From: Octopus bimaculoides
Taxonomy: Eukaryota
DNA: 64,000 nucleotides
Assembly (NCBI RefSeq): GCF_001194135.2
Contig: NC_068987.1
Span: forward strand, 91,687,099 to 91,751,098
Direction: 5' to 3'
In this document: positions 12,915 through 24,108 of the stretch, piece by piece
Layout of the letters: every line of letters starts with the position of its first letter
Position numbering within the stretch: position 1 is the stretch's first letter
The notes under the pieces: generated by a model
Database searches by the model: none
Seen by the model: only the letters and a program-made list of their open reading frames with translations
Told to the model about the DNA's origin: nothing
Made by a program: the position numbers and the translations under genes

Positions 12915-12933
12915 CATTATTATTATTATTATT
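12745..12933. repeat. (GTT)n-(CTT)n-(ATT)n compound microsatellite
   Basis: Directly visible. Confidence 0.95.
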
Positions 12934-13150
12934 AAGGCGGCGAGCTGGCAGAATCGTTAGCGCGCCGGACGAAATTTTTAGCGGTATTTCGCCCGTCGCT
13001 ACGTTCTGAGTTCCAATTCCGCCGAGGTCGACTTTGCCTCTCATTCTTTCGGGGTCGATAAAATAAGTACCAATGAAACACTGAGATCGATGTAATCGAC
13101 AAGTCCCCTCCCCACAAATTTGTGGTCTTGTTTTCCCAGTAGACAGGATT
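12934..13150 (+). mobile_element. SINE family A, near full length
   Basis: AAGGCGGCGAGCTGGCAGAATCGTTAGC (A-box) ... CTGAGTTCCAATTCC (B-box) ... CTTTCGGGGTCGATAAAATAAGTACC ... ATT tail. Confidence 0.92.
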
Positions 13151-13154
13151 ATTA

Positions 13155-14482
13155 TTTTCTTTAAATAAAATATGGTCCGTTGTTTGTTGAGCACGGTATT
13201 TAATGGTGCCAGTGCCCAGCAGAATATTAAGGGTGACAGCGTTTCTCCTTAGAGGATACCACTTTTGATTTTGATAAGTCTGCTTGTTATTGATGCACTG
13301 GAATGGCTCAGCGTCAACGTAGTTTCCCATCTATTCATGCTGTTTCATAAATTTGATGAGAGTTGGGGATACTTTGTATACTTCCAGCACTTTCAGAAGT
13401 GAGGTACACTATCGAACGCCTTTTTATAGTCGATTCATGATGTGCTCAGGTTCGTTTTCCTGGTCTTGCAGTCTTCAAGGATCAATTTGTTTATCAGCAA
13501 TTGGTCCTTCGACAACCTTTTTGTTCTGGTGGTAGTAGGTTGTTTTCTTCTAGGAATGTGTATGTTCTTTCAGTGATTACAGATGTTAATATTTTATACA
13601 TTGTTGGTAGACAGGTGATTGGTCTATAGTTCTTTGGGTTTCTGTGTCATTTGTTTTTGGTACTAGATATGCCACTCCCTGTGTCAACCAGTCTGGGCTA
13701 TTTTCTGGGTTTTTCATGACTTCGTTGATGACATATCTTCATGTATATCAATTAGCTGTTTGATCCAAAAGTTTGGTACTCGATCTATTCCCGGTGACTT
13801 CCAATTGCTGGCCCTTTTCAAGGCCAGGGTGACCTTCTCCTTTTGAATATCTTCCCATTCCTGTACTTCTTCATTTTCCAGAAGTATATCTTGTTCCTTA
13901 ATCCATTCTGCATCTTAATTATGTTGTTTTTCATTTTCCCATTTCGTACTCCAGAAATTTTCCATATCCTCTTTCTTTGGCGGTTGCTCAATTCGTTGTT
14001 TACCGAGTTCCCTGTAAAATTTCTTTCCATCTTCTTTAAATAATTTGTTTTGTCTAAATTGTTTGCTTCTCTTTATATATCGTGACAGTCGTTGTGCCTT
14101 TGCTTGGATTTTTTGCTTTAGATTTTCTTTTGCTTCAGGTATTTCCTTTTTTTGTTTGATCCCATGCTTTTTGTATATTTTCTTGGCTTTCCTTTGGTTG
14201 ACCTGGTTCCCGTTACTTATTTCAGTCGGTATTGATAGGTCGCCTCTCATGCATTGTATATCCTTTTCTAAGATTTCTGTCCATTTTGGTTGTCTTTTCT
14301 TCTGTTGAGCAGTTTCCTTTTTTAGTTTTATGCCTTTTTTCTTCAGTAATAGCTGCAGTTGTAGCATACGCTATTTGGTTTAGCGATGTTATATTTAGTG
14401 GTTCTATTGTTGTTGATTTTATCTCATCTATTACATTATTGCCAATTTTAATCAACTCCTTCAGGTTCTTATCCATACTAAC
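13155..14482 (-). pseudogene. R4/Dong-clade non-LTR retrotransposon fragment: pre-RT region and RT domains ~0-4, with frameshifts and stops
   Basis: Translations: KQKIQAKAQRLSRYIKRSKQFRQNKLFKEDGKKFYRELG; WKSPGIDRVPNFWIK; [16 protein letters not shown]; EQKGCRR; IDYKKAFDSVPH; LSPLIFCWALAPL. Confidence 0.9.
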
Positions 14483-14544
<62 letters not shown>

Positions 14545-14565
14545 ATTATTATTATTATTATTATT
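14483..14565. repeat. (ATT)n microsatellite
   Basis: Directly visible. Confidence 0.95.
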
Positions 14566-14682
14566 TTCAGTAGTTTTATTTTTATAACGTGCTTTCACTT
14601 CACTACCGACCGCAGCTCTGTGCGCCTTGGGTATGTGCTGTGGTTTGCTGTGGTGCTATTATGTTTACTGTATTGAAAGTGT
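14566..14682 (-). mobile_element. R4/Dong-like 3' end (UTR), copy a, cut by gap
   Basis: Homologous to 15164-15312, with several substitutions and indels. Confidence 0.75.
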
Positions 14683-15163
14683 NNNNNNNNNNNNNNNNNN
14701 NNNNNNNNNNNNNNNNNNNNNNNNNNNNNNNNNNNNNNNNNNNNNNNNNNNNNNNNNNNNNNNNNNNNNNNNNNNNNNNNNNNNNNNNNNNNNNNNNNNN
14801 NNNNNNNNNNNNNNNNNNNNNNNNNNNNNNNNNNNNNNNNNNNNNNNNNNNNNNNNNNNNNNNNNNNNNNNNNNNNNNNNNNNNNNNNNNNNNNNNNNNN
14901 NNNNNNNNNNNNNNNNNNNNNNNNNNNNNNNNNNNNNNNNNNNNNNNNNNNNNNNNNNNNNNNNNNNNNNNNNNNNNNNNNNNNNNNNNNNNNNNNNNNN
15001 NNNNNNNNNNNNNNNNNNNNNNNNNNNNNNNNNNNNNNNNNNNNNNNNNNNNNNNNNNNNNNNNNNNNNNNNNNNNNNNNNNNNNNNNNNNNNNNNNNNN
15101 NNNNNNNNNNNNNNNNNNNNNNNNNNNNNNNNNNNNNNNNNNNNNNNNNNNTATTATTATTAT

Positions 15164-15311
15164 TGAGTAGATTTATTTTCATAACGTGCTTTCACTTCAC
15201 TACTACCGATCGCAGCTCTGTGTGCCTTGGGTATGTGCTGTGGTTTGCTGTGATGATCTTATGGTTACTGTACTGAAAGTGTTTTGGGTAGGATGTGTGC
15301 AGTGCCCAGTA

Positions 15312-15312
<1 letters not shown>
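15164..15312 (-). mobile_element. R4/Dong-like extreme 3' end, copy b, inside (AAT)n
   Basis: Minus strand encodes LLGTAHILPKTLSVQ* (cf. the R4 C-terminal LLGTARILRKVL motif), then a ~100-nt UTR ending ACTCAATAATAAT. Confidence 0.8.
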
Positions 15313-15387
<75 letters not shown>

Positions 15388-15388
15388 G
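15313..15388. repeat. (ATT)n microsatellite
   Basis: Directly visible. Confidence 0.95.
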
Positions 15389-15554
15389 CAAACACTATAC
15401 AGTCAGACAGCATTGCTTCCGTCTTTGTTCTGTTTCATTGTTTGTTTACTGTGATGTTTATCGATGCCCCCCCCCCCCCACTCCAATGAAAATAACAGAT
15501 GTGACATTTTTGAAATGAATTCTATTGCTTATTTTTGCAAACCTTATAAAAATA

Positions 15555-15700
15555 CATTAGCGGAAGCACAAGGTAGACTTCATAGGGTTCTACGTCAGAG
15601 TCGATTGATTTCCCTCCATATAAACTAATATATCAATTTTATTGAACCCTAAGGGATTGGAGACTGATTCGATATCAAATTGTTGCTGGAAATCTCGACA
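15555..15700 (-). mobile_element. SINE family A, highly degenerate fragment
   Basis: GCACAAGG ... GTCGATT ... TTTTATTGAACCC.AAGGGAT matches the reverse complement of the family A 3' half. Confidence 0.4.
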
Positions 15701-15759
15701 ATGACTCATCAGCTACTTTACGGATGGTGTGAAATCACCAAAATTTATCTCTCTAATGC

Positions 15760-15797
<38 letters not shown>

Positions 15798-15816
15798 TTC
15801 TATGGTTTGAGGACAA

Positions 15817-15891
15817 TGCTGCTGCTGCTGCTACTACTACTACTACTACTGTTGCTGCTGCTGCTGTTGTTGTTGCTGCTGTTGCTGCTGT

Positions 15892-15925
<34 letters not shown>

Positions 15926-15966
15926 GTTGCTGCTGCTGCTGTTGTTGTTGCTGCTGTTGCTGCTGT

Positions 15967-16006
<40 letters not shown>

Positions 16007-16135
16007 GTTGCTGCTGCTGCTGGTCCTGCTGCTGGTCCTGCTGCTGCTGCTGCTGCTGCTGTTGCTGTTGCCGCCGTCGTTGCTGTTGCTGCTGCTACTA
16101 CTGCTGCTGCCGTTGTTACGGCTTCTGCTGCGGAT
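15817..16135. repeat. (GCT/ACT/GTT)n compound trinucleotide array with a duplicated 42-nt block
   Basis: Block GTT(GCT)4(GTT)3(GCT)2GTT(GCT)2GTT at ~15851 and ~15926. Confidence 0.9.
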
Positions 16136-16749
16136 GTTGTCAGTTATACAAATAATATGAAAAATAAAAAAAATTAAAAATGAAGACGAAAGAATGGAAA
16201 ACAAAAAAAAAATAATAAATAAAGAATTCTGTGATGATTACGATAAATATTATGCTGTTGTCAATGGTGATGATTACGATGATGATGATAATGATGATTA
16301 TGATGAACATGATAATGATGTCCAAAATGAGGATGATGATGATGAGGAGGAGGAGGTGGCGGACGATGACGGTGACGACGATGATGCTGGTGGTGATGCT
16401 AGATAAATTAAAGCTTGAAAGGAAATACGGACGATGGCGAACACAAGAAGATGAGTTGATACCTTTCGGCTCAAAATATAACTTTTTGTTTTTAGTCACC
16501 TGTAGCGATCCACACCTCAGAAATTGCACTGTTGTCATTGTCAAGCACTGAACAACCTTTGTCGGTGCAACGCCACACGAATCCAAGAGTTACACACTGA
16601 GTCGTTTTGGTTCTTAAAACACGTTTGACTAGAAAATACGGATTGAACTTTAAACGTGTGGAGTAGCAAATTGAATGATTTACATATCAAAGACATCACT
16701 GCCGGTTGATGTTTATTTTATATATATATTTTTTTCTGAATTTAATTTT

Positions 16750-16850
16750 AGTTCTACTTGAGAGAGTTCAAGCAGGTTGCTAACAAAACAACATGACTCT
16801 TTGAGTTAAGAGAGTTCCCGGTGATTGTAAATATGTGGTTGAGTTGCTGA
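16750..16850 (-). mobile_element. Short repeat family F (~100 bp), copy 1
   Basis: Colinear with 38750-38845 (AGAGAGTTCA.GC.GGT.GCTAACAA ... TTGTAAATATGTGG.TGAGTTG). Confidence 0.6.
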
Positions 16851-16874
16851 ATATATGCATACATACATACGTAC

Positions 16875-17090
16875 GATTTCTTGCCAATAGAGTCGGTTTC
16901 TAACCTTTATCCGGGGAACCTTCACTGGAATTTCAACATCAACAACAACGTGGAGATTTGTATGTCTTGTTTTCTGTATGTATTCTCATGCATATATTTG
17001 CATATCTAGAGAGGCTCATATATATCTAAATGATAAACCTCTGGAAAGTCTTACATATTTTTACAGTTCCAGTGATGGCTTGGATCTATA
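16875..17090 (-). mobile_element. RLE-LINE family E, 3' end, copy 1
   Basis: Matches 31129-32160 (CTTGCCAATAG, GGTTTCTAACC, AATTTCAACATCAACAAC, AAATGATAAAC.TCTG.AAAG, TTTTACAGTTCCAGT.ATGG). Confidence 0.8.
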
Positions 17091-17108
17091 CACTATCATA
17101 TAGACCCT

Positions 17109-17186
<78 letters not shown>

Positions 17187-17594
17187 CAGGGTTCTAAATG
17201 CCTGTAATATAGTAATTACTGATTCATTGCGGGATTTCAATCTTTGCCAGGATATTACCAAGACAATAGCGACTGTCCGCGGAGTTATGGTATTGTGAAC
17301 ATATTGACTAGTATCCGTTTCAACAGCACTACACACATAATTGTCCGTGGGAATTAAATTCGGTAAGTTTGAAGGTTTCGCGTTTGACATTACATAATGG
17401 TATTAATTGTCTGGCATTCATTCTTGGATCTCGAGGTATTTGTGAGTAGGTGGTGAGTCTTGTTCAAATGCATAAGTTCTTCCACTGCGTACTTCATTTA
17501 TCCAGGGTTTAACAATATTTTTGTCAGCACCTCAATTTACCTAGTATTATTGATTCTAAGACCTTGCGGAAGAGTGTGAAGAGGCATGACATAA

Positions 17595-18095
17595 CCTTCA
17601 TTACTCACCATTCCTAAAACCAACGTAGATGCTGAAAATTTGGTGTGCATCATTTCGAGCAAAAATTCAGGTGCTGACCATTAGATTGAAAAGCGTAACA
17701 AGAGTTTATAGAATTGAGTTTGATTCAGAAAATATCAAGATTTTGGCCAATAGCTACAACTAAATTGCATCAAGTAGCATTACGATGGAAAACCTAAAAC
17801 ATTGAAGAAGAGAATTGCTTTAAATACCTAATATCTCCAATGAAGAAGAGCTCGTAAAGAAGGACATAAAACCTAGACTTGTCCTCGCCTCATCTCACAT
17901 AACGAAGCTGAATGTTATATAGAAAGCCAGTTGTATAACATTTTCTACGAACGTCAAATTGTGTAACTTCCTGCTGAGCTAAACTTTTCTTCGCGGTGGG
18001 GTGGGAGAATAGGCACATTTACGACCGACTTAGAACATGAAATCTCGTCCTTAGAAATCAAACTTTTCAGAAGAATGTTATGTATCTCGTCAGGC
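17595..18095 (+). pseudogene. Degenerate RTE-type LINE, RT C-terminal fragment
   Basis: IQVLTIRLKSVTRVYRIEFDSENIK; KDIKPRLVLASSHITKLNVI; DLEHEISSLEIKLFRRMLCIS resemble RTE RT domains 5-7 and thumb. Confidence 0.65.
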
Positions 18096-18294
18096 AGCAA
18101 ATCATTATGTAATGTTAAATAAGATAAATGTAGATGATCCTAAATTTGACTAGGTGGTCATGCCTGCGTTGTATCATATTACAGTAAGGATATGACGTTG
18201 GATATACAAGAAGAACAACAATAATAACAAGAATAACAGCAACATATTTTCCATACCAAGAAAGTCTCACATTGTATTCGGAATGGTGGTTTCG

Positions 18295-18962
18295 GCAAAG
18301 CCACGAAGTAGATGTACCAAGCAGTTGTATTGCCCACATTACTATATGCCCACGAAATTTAGACGGTTTACGAACATCACACCAAAAAACCAAACGTCTT
18401 CCAATTGAAATGTTTGATAAAAACTGTTGAAAATCACCGGCAAGACAGTGTCCCAGACATGGAAATGTCCTCTCGAGCGATCTTTCAAGTATTTACATAC
18501 TGTTGAAGACAGCGCATCTTAGGTGGGCAGGCCACCTTGCTCGATTGCATCACACACGAATTCCCAAGAGTCTGTTTTACAATGAACACACGCAAGGCAA
18601 GTGGATGCCAGGTCAACAGAGAAGAAGCACTTCAAGGACACACTCAAAGCCTCAATGAAGAGCGCTGAGAACGAACTATGATACCTAAGAAGCGCAATCA
18701 TGAGATCACTTTGCCTGGCAAAGCGGCACCAACAGAAGTGCCATCTCCTACGAACAGAACAGGTTCGCAGAGGCTCAAAGTAAACACGAACTAAACAAGT
18801 CCAGAGCCGCCTCGTTGTTTTCAGTCCCAGCAGAAAAGGTGTGCTCGATTGGCGGCAGAACCTCCGAGCTTGGATCAGACTAATTGGCGACAGCCGGACA
18901 CCTGGTGCCTCGACTTCTCCCGTATGATGTCCTTGGTCATCATCGACAACGACGGACGAACT
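18295..18962 (+). pseudogene. RTE/BovB-like LINE 3' fragment
   Basis: MYQAVVLPTLLYAHE; HLRWAGHLARLHHTRIPKSLFY; KHFKDTLKASMK; 3' end GTCCTTGGTCATCATCGACAACGACGGACGAAC. Confidence 0.85.
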
Positions 18963-19693
18963 AATAATATATTCGGAATACGATCACATGTACGTCTTTC
19001 CGATACAATTATTCGAACAAAACACCAACAATCAACAGAACAATGAACAGAAAACCAAGGTAACAACAACCCCTTTTCAACTCACAATAAAAGAAAACCA
19101 AAAAAAAAAAAAAACAAAAAGAAAAAGAAAACAAGAAGAAAGAGCGAATTCAAAAAATCGATGAAAAATATGAGATTGTTTCCTTTAAACAAAGACAACA
19201 AGAGAAAGAAAAACTGTTGTTTGATTGTTTGAACTTAATGATTTACGACGCAAGGAAAAAAATTAAAAGATTTTATTAAAGGCTGACGGATGCTTTTCCA
19301 AAGTATCATTTTTAATTTTAAAGACTGTCACATATGATAACATATNNNNNNNNNNNNNNNNNNNNNNNNNNNNNNNNNNNNNNNNNNNNNNNNNNNNNNN
19401 NNNNNNNNNNNNNNNNNNNNNNNNNNNNNNNNNNNNNNNNNNNNNNNNNNNNNNNNNNNNNNNNNNNNNNNNNNNNNNNNNNNNNNNNNNNNNNNNNNNN
19501 NNNNNNNNNNNNNNNNNNNNNNNNNNNNNNNNNNNNNNNNNNNNNNNNNNNNNNNNNNNNNNNNNNNNNNNNNNNNNNNNNNNNNNNNNNNNNNNNNNNN
19601 NNNNNNNNNNNNNNNNNNNNNNNNNNNNNNNNNNNNNNNNNNNNNNNNNNNNNNNNNNNNNNNNNNNNNNNNNNNNNNNNNNNNNNNNNNNNN

Positions 19694-19727
<34 letters not shown>

Positions 19728-20137
19728 CTATATCAGTGTATGTGTATGATTTTGTGTAAATTAAATATTTGCTATTTCATTTTATTTTCTATATGCCTTT
19801 GCGTCCGTGATATATAATTATGTATGTGTGTATGTGTGTACGTATGTGTGCGAGTAGCGTGCTTGTGTGAGTGCGTGAGTGTATCATGTATATATTTATT
19901 GTATATGAATGTACATGCGTAAATGTATATGGTTTGCAAATATTTATACTTTTTTAACATATTAGTCCCTGCATCGTTATTCCTGAATACCTACGCATTT
20001 AGAGGCGGAAAAGGGAATTATCCTCCAAAATGGCTATTATTCCTCACTGATTTCTAACCGAAACATGAACGGTCTTCTGAATAGTTCCCAAAGCATCATC
20101 ATCATCGACAACAATAACGACAAAATTAATAACTACT

Positions 20138-20320
20138 GTTTCTGATTCTGGCAAAAGGTCGGCAATTTGAAGTTGATGGCTTCTCTGAGACTATCGCCTG
20201 AAGGAACTCATTTTATCGACCCTAGAGTTATAAAAGAAAAACGTTGATCTCCACAATATTTCAAGTCGCAATATAACGCACCCGAAAAAATACCTCGAAG
20301 CGTTTTTCGTGACACCCCTC
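20138..20320 (-). mobile_element. SINE family A, degenerate
   Basis: TTCTGGCAAAAGG.CGGCAATTT ... TTTTATCGACCCT ... matches the reverse complement of family A. Confidence 0.5.
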
Positions 20321-20361
20321 TATCGTGTGTGCCATCTGGCAGGTTTACCCACCTCGTCATC

Positions 20362-20363
<2 letters not shown>

Positions 20364-20430
<67 letters not shown>

Positions 20431-20447
20431 ATAATAATAATAATAAT
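20364..20447. repeat. (CTA)n-(ATA)n microsatellite
   Basis: Directly visible. Confidence 0.95.
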
Positions 20448-20448
20448 T

Positions 20449-20972
20449 CTCATGGCTTCTGATCTTGATTGGAAGTGTTATCATGTACATTCTTTTGTCT
20501 TGGTATAAAAGATGGGCTACAGCAAATATTCTGCTTAATACTACAGATTTACTTGTCAGTTGTTTGACCTTAACCAGTTGAGCATGTCCCTTGGTGGCTG
20601 ACGATATGTGCATCTCTGATCATGAGCAGAAGTAGTGGGGGAGCATCATAACCATGTGTTGAGAGGAATTCTTTGGGATTTGAATAATTCACCTTTGGAA
20701 ACATGGGTGTTTTGCCCAACATCCTTAAACAAACCTTATTCAGGGACCTTTTGAGCAGGATGGGCTACTCGACCTGAAGAAAATTCTAACTTGGTCCCAC
20801 CTACGAGGTCATGCGCTATTTATCTTGATATGAGATCACCATGTCGAGCAAATATGGTTGTGATGCATGTGCCTGGTGTACCCTTATCAAACGGGTAGTC
20901 ATGATGAGTATATTGGGCTTCGTATATTTTACCCCAGTGTCACTTTGATGGCATGCACTGCTCTTTCACTCA
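20449..20972 (+). mobile_element. Family C, copy 2, flanked by (AAT)n on both sides
   Basis: CTCATGGCTTCTGATC ... GATGGCATGCACTGCTCTTTCACTCAATA. Confidence 0.92.
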
Positions 20973-20975
20973 ATA

Positions 20976-20976
20976 A

Positions 20977-21035
<59 letters not shown>

Positions 21036-21085
21036 TAGTGATAATAATAATTATCATTATTTCTACTCTAGACATAATAATAATG

Positions 21086-21140
<55 letters not shown>
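20976..21140. repeat. Interrupted (AAT)n microsatellite
   Basis: Directly visible. Confidence 0.95.
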
Positions 21141-21142
<2 letters not shown>

Positions 21143-21144
21143 TA

Positions 21145-21355
21145 ATTTCAAATGTTGGCACAAGGTCAGTAATTTGGGAGACGTAAGCAAATGGATTACC
21201 TTGACCGTGATTTGATCTTACCTGTACTCGATCTTACCTGTACTTGACAGGTACTTTATCTCATCGACCCCGAAAAAAGAGACATCGTTGACCTTGGGAA
21301 AATTTGAACTCAGAACGTAAAACCGGAAGAAATGGGACTCCACATTTTGTCCGAA
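21145..21355 (-). mobile_element. SINE family A with internal 16-nt duplication (GATCTTACCTGTACT[C/T] x2)
   Basis: GGCACAAGG ... GTACTTTATCTCATCGACCCCGAAA ... AATTTGAACTCAGAACGTAAA. Confidence 0.75.
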
Positions 21356-21734
21356 GAGACTTTCCATCTTATGGTTATGCTTTCGTATATTATTGCCGCG
21401 GTTGCACGTTTATTATTGCCGCCGTTCCACAACTAAGTTGACGAGTGGGAGTCACAGGGATCATATCTTGCTCCAAGTTTTATTGTTTCTGTCATTTTGG
21501 TTTCTGTTTTCGTTTTTTCTTTTTCAAGTTACAACTGTTTTGTTTTTGTTATTGTTTTCGTTGTTGTTATGCAATGGTGATTTTGATAATGTCGATGGTG
21601 AATTGCGATTGGTCGATCTGAATTATTTCGCAACGTCAGACCGAGTGCAGATATGAGTAGCATATGGGAACCGGTATTAAGGAAAGATAGGAAAATATTA
21701 GACTTATAAGCCCTAAAAGTCTCTCCATAATTGC

Positions 21735-21935
21735 ACACGGGTATATGGCCTATTGGTTAAGAACGCGGGCTACTGACACCAATAATAATAATAACATCAA
21801 AAAATACCTTAGGAATGAGAACCCGGGTTCGAAATTTCCCCAAGTCACCTGATGGAGGGTATATCAGACGAAACTTTGTGTTAACAACAAACAAGATGAG
21901 GACAAATATCCGTGAAATGTAAATAATGAAAATAC
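21735..21935 (+). mobile_element. tRNA-headed short element with degenerate hammerhead motif (family P, copy 1)
   Basis: A-box-like TGGCCTATTGG (21746), (AAT)n, GGTTCGAAAT (21826), then CACCTGATG..GAGGGTATATCAGACGAAACTTTGTGTTAACAACAAACAAGATGAGGACAAATATC, shared with 51603-51740 (-). Confidence 0.75.
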
Positions 21936-24075
21936 ATTTTAATCGCTTTAAATATGTCTGCAGATTTTCTATAGAATTTAGAGCCAACATTGAAATTTAT
22001 AACACATTAGTTATGAATATGTCTATGTAATCAATGTGACTGAAGATAGAGAAAATAGGTAACGGGTGAAAACGTATATTTCAGGAGGTCTTACGACCTT
22101 CTCTCGAACCACATCGCATTAGCCATCCACGAACATATTACTTAAACAGCCACAATGTTTAGTGCTGTATCACAGTTGGTTAGACCAATTTTATATGTTA
22201 AACACATTCCTGGCAACTGGTAGGTACTTATTAATTGCTGAGAAGGAGACGATATTTCGTTTTACATCCATAATACACAACAAATTATGTTAAAGGTTTA
22301 TAAGATAAAGTTAAAAGTGATTGAATCACGTTCCTAACACAATATTGATTTATTACTGATTTATTACTGTTTAATATACTCGGGAGTATATTACGGCTGC
22401 AATACGAAATACGGTGTCACTACAATATTTTTAATACATTTTTAATATACTCTTTCTTGTGATGGTAAATAGTGATATGAAGAATAATTAGTTCTTTTTT
22501 CTAGCAGGTGGAACGATCTCACAGAAGCATTATCATTTGTTGCGCTCTTTTTACCGTTACTATAAATGAAATATCTACAAATACATTGCGGTAAAATCAA
22601 TTCATCAAATTCTTTTTGCGAAAGTTATTGACCTCTCCAATTCCTAGACATAGACAGACGAACAAAGACTTACACACAATAAAAACTGTTTGGTATTCTT
22701 TTCTTGTCTTCAATTTTCTTTTTGTTTTTTTTAATCTTTTTCCAGTGTTTCTTGGCCACATTTAAAATGACAAAGAATCATTCGTGTTTATCTCGGTAAT
22801 TAGGAACATAATTCCTTCTCTTTAAGATTTAATATTTCTTTTGTGATGCCTTTTATTTTTGCAGCATCTTTGACGAACATTTTCATTTTTAGTTTCCCAA
22901 CACACACACACATACACGCACACACACGCAAATACATACCCATACGTGCTCATAGACACACACAGAGTCACTCGCACACACAGATACTCACACTCACATA
23001 CATAAATTCTATAGTTGTATGTACGTATGTATACATCTGTATATGTACATACATAATACATACATACATATACAGACATTTATACGGGTGTATATATATA
23101 AACATACACACACATATATATATATATATGTGTGTGTGTATGTATTTGTGAATATATACATATATATAAACATATCTACTTGTATTATGTAGCTATCTTT
23201 ATACACACACACACACACATATATACACCCAAATAAAATACGTTATCTCAGCTCTGTATACTTTCGTATTAGTCTATCATAGAGACATAAATGTATCGTC
23301 CTTTGCGCTTTAATTNNNNNNNNNNNNNNNNNNNNNNNNNNNNNNNNNNNNNNNNNNNNNNNNNNNNNNNNNNNNNNNNNNNNNNNNNNNNNNNNNNNNN
23401 NNNNNNNNNNNNNNNNNNNNNNNNNNNNNNNNNNNNNNNNNNNNNNNNNNNNNNNNNNNNNNNNNNNNNNNNNNNNNNNNNNNNNNNNNNNNNNNNNNNN
23501 NNNNNNNNNNNNNNNNNNNNNNNNNNNNNNNNNNNNNNNNNNNNNNNNNNNNNNNNNNNNNNNNNNNNNNNNNNNNNNNNNNNNNNNNNNNNNNNNNNNN
23601 NNNNNNNNNNNNNNNNNNNNNNNNNNNNNNNNNNNNNNNNNNNNNNNNNNNNNNNNNNNNNNNNNNNNNNNNNNNNNNNNNNNNNNNNNNNNNNNNNNNN
23701 NNNNNNNNNNNNNNNNNNNNNNNNNNNNNNNNNNNNNNNNNNNNNNNNNNNNNNNNNNNNNNNNNNNNNNNNNNNNNNNNNNNNNNNNNNNNNNNNNNNN
23801 NNNNNNNNNNNNNNNNNNNNNNNNNNNNNNNNNNNNNNNNNNNNNNNNNNNNNNNNNNNNNNNNNNNNNNNNNNNNNNNNNNNNNNNNNNNNNNNNNNNN
23901 NNNNNNNNNNNNNNNNNNNNNNNNNNNNNNNNNNNNACCTTGAACGACTGCATCACAAATAACGCATTCTATAGTGGATTAGTGGAGGGAAGGTACGACA
24001 ACGATCTCGGGGCGAACCTGGGCGTCGACGAGGAATACCAAACTAATATATATATATGTATATATTGCCAAACTA

Positions 24076-24108
<33 letters not shown>

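Noticed and set aside
20590-20640. CTGACGA in family C as a hammerhead core
   Set aside because: No stem II closed by GAAA downstream.
23937-24045. GC-rich 110-nt stretch after a gap (ORF MNDCITNN...)
   Set aside because: Too short, truncated by the gap, no recognisable motif.
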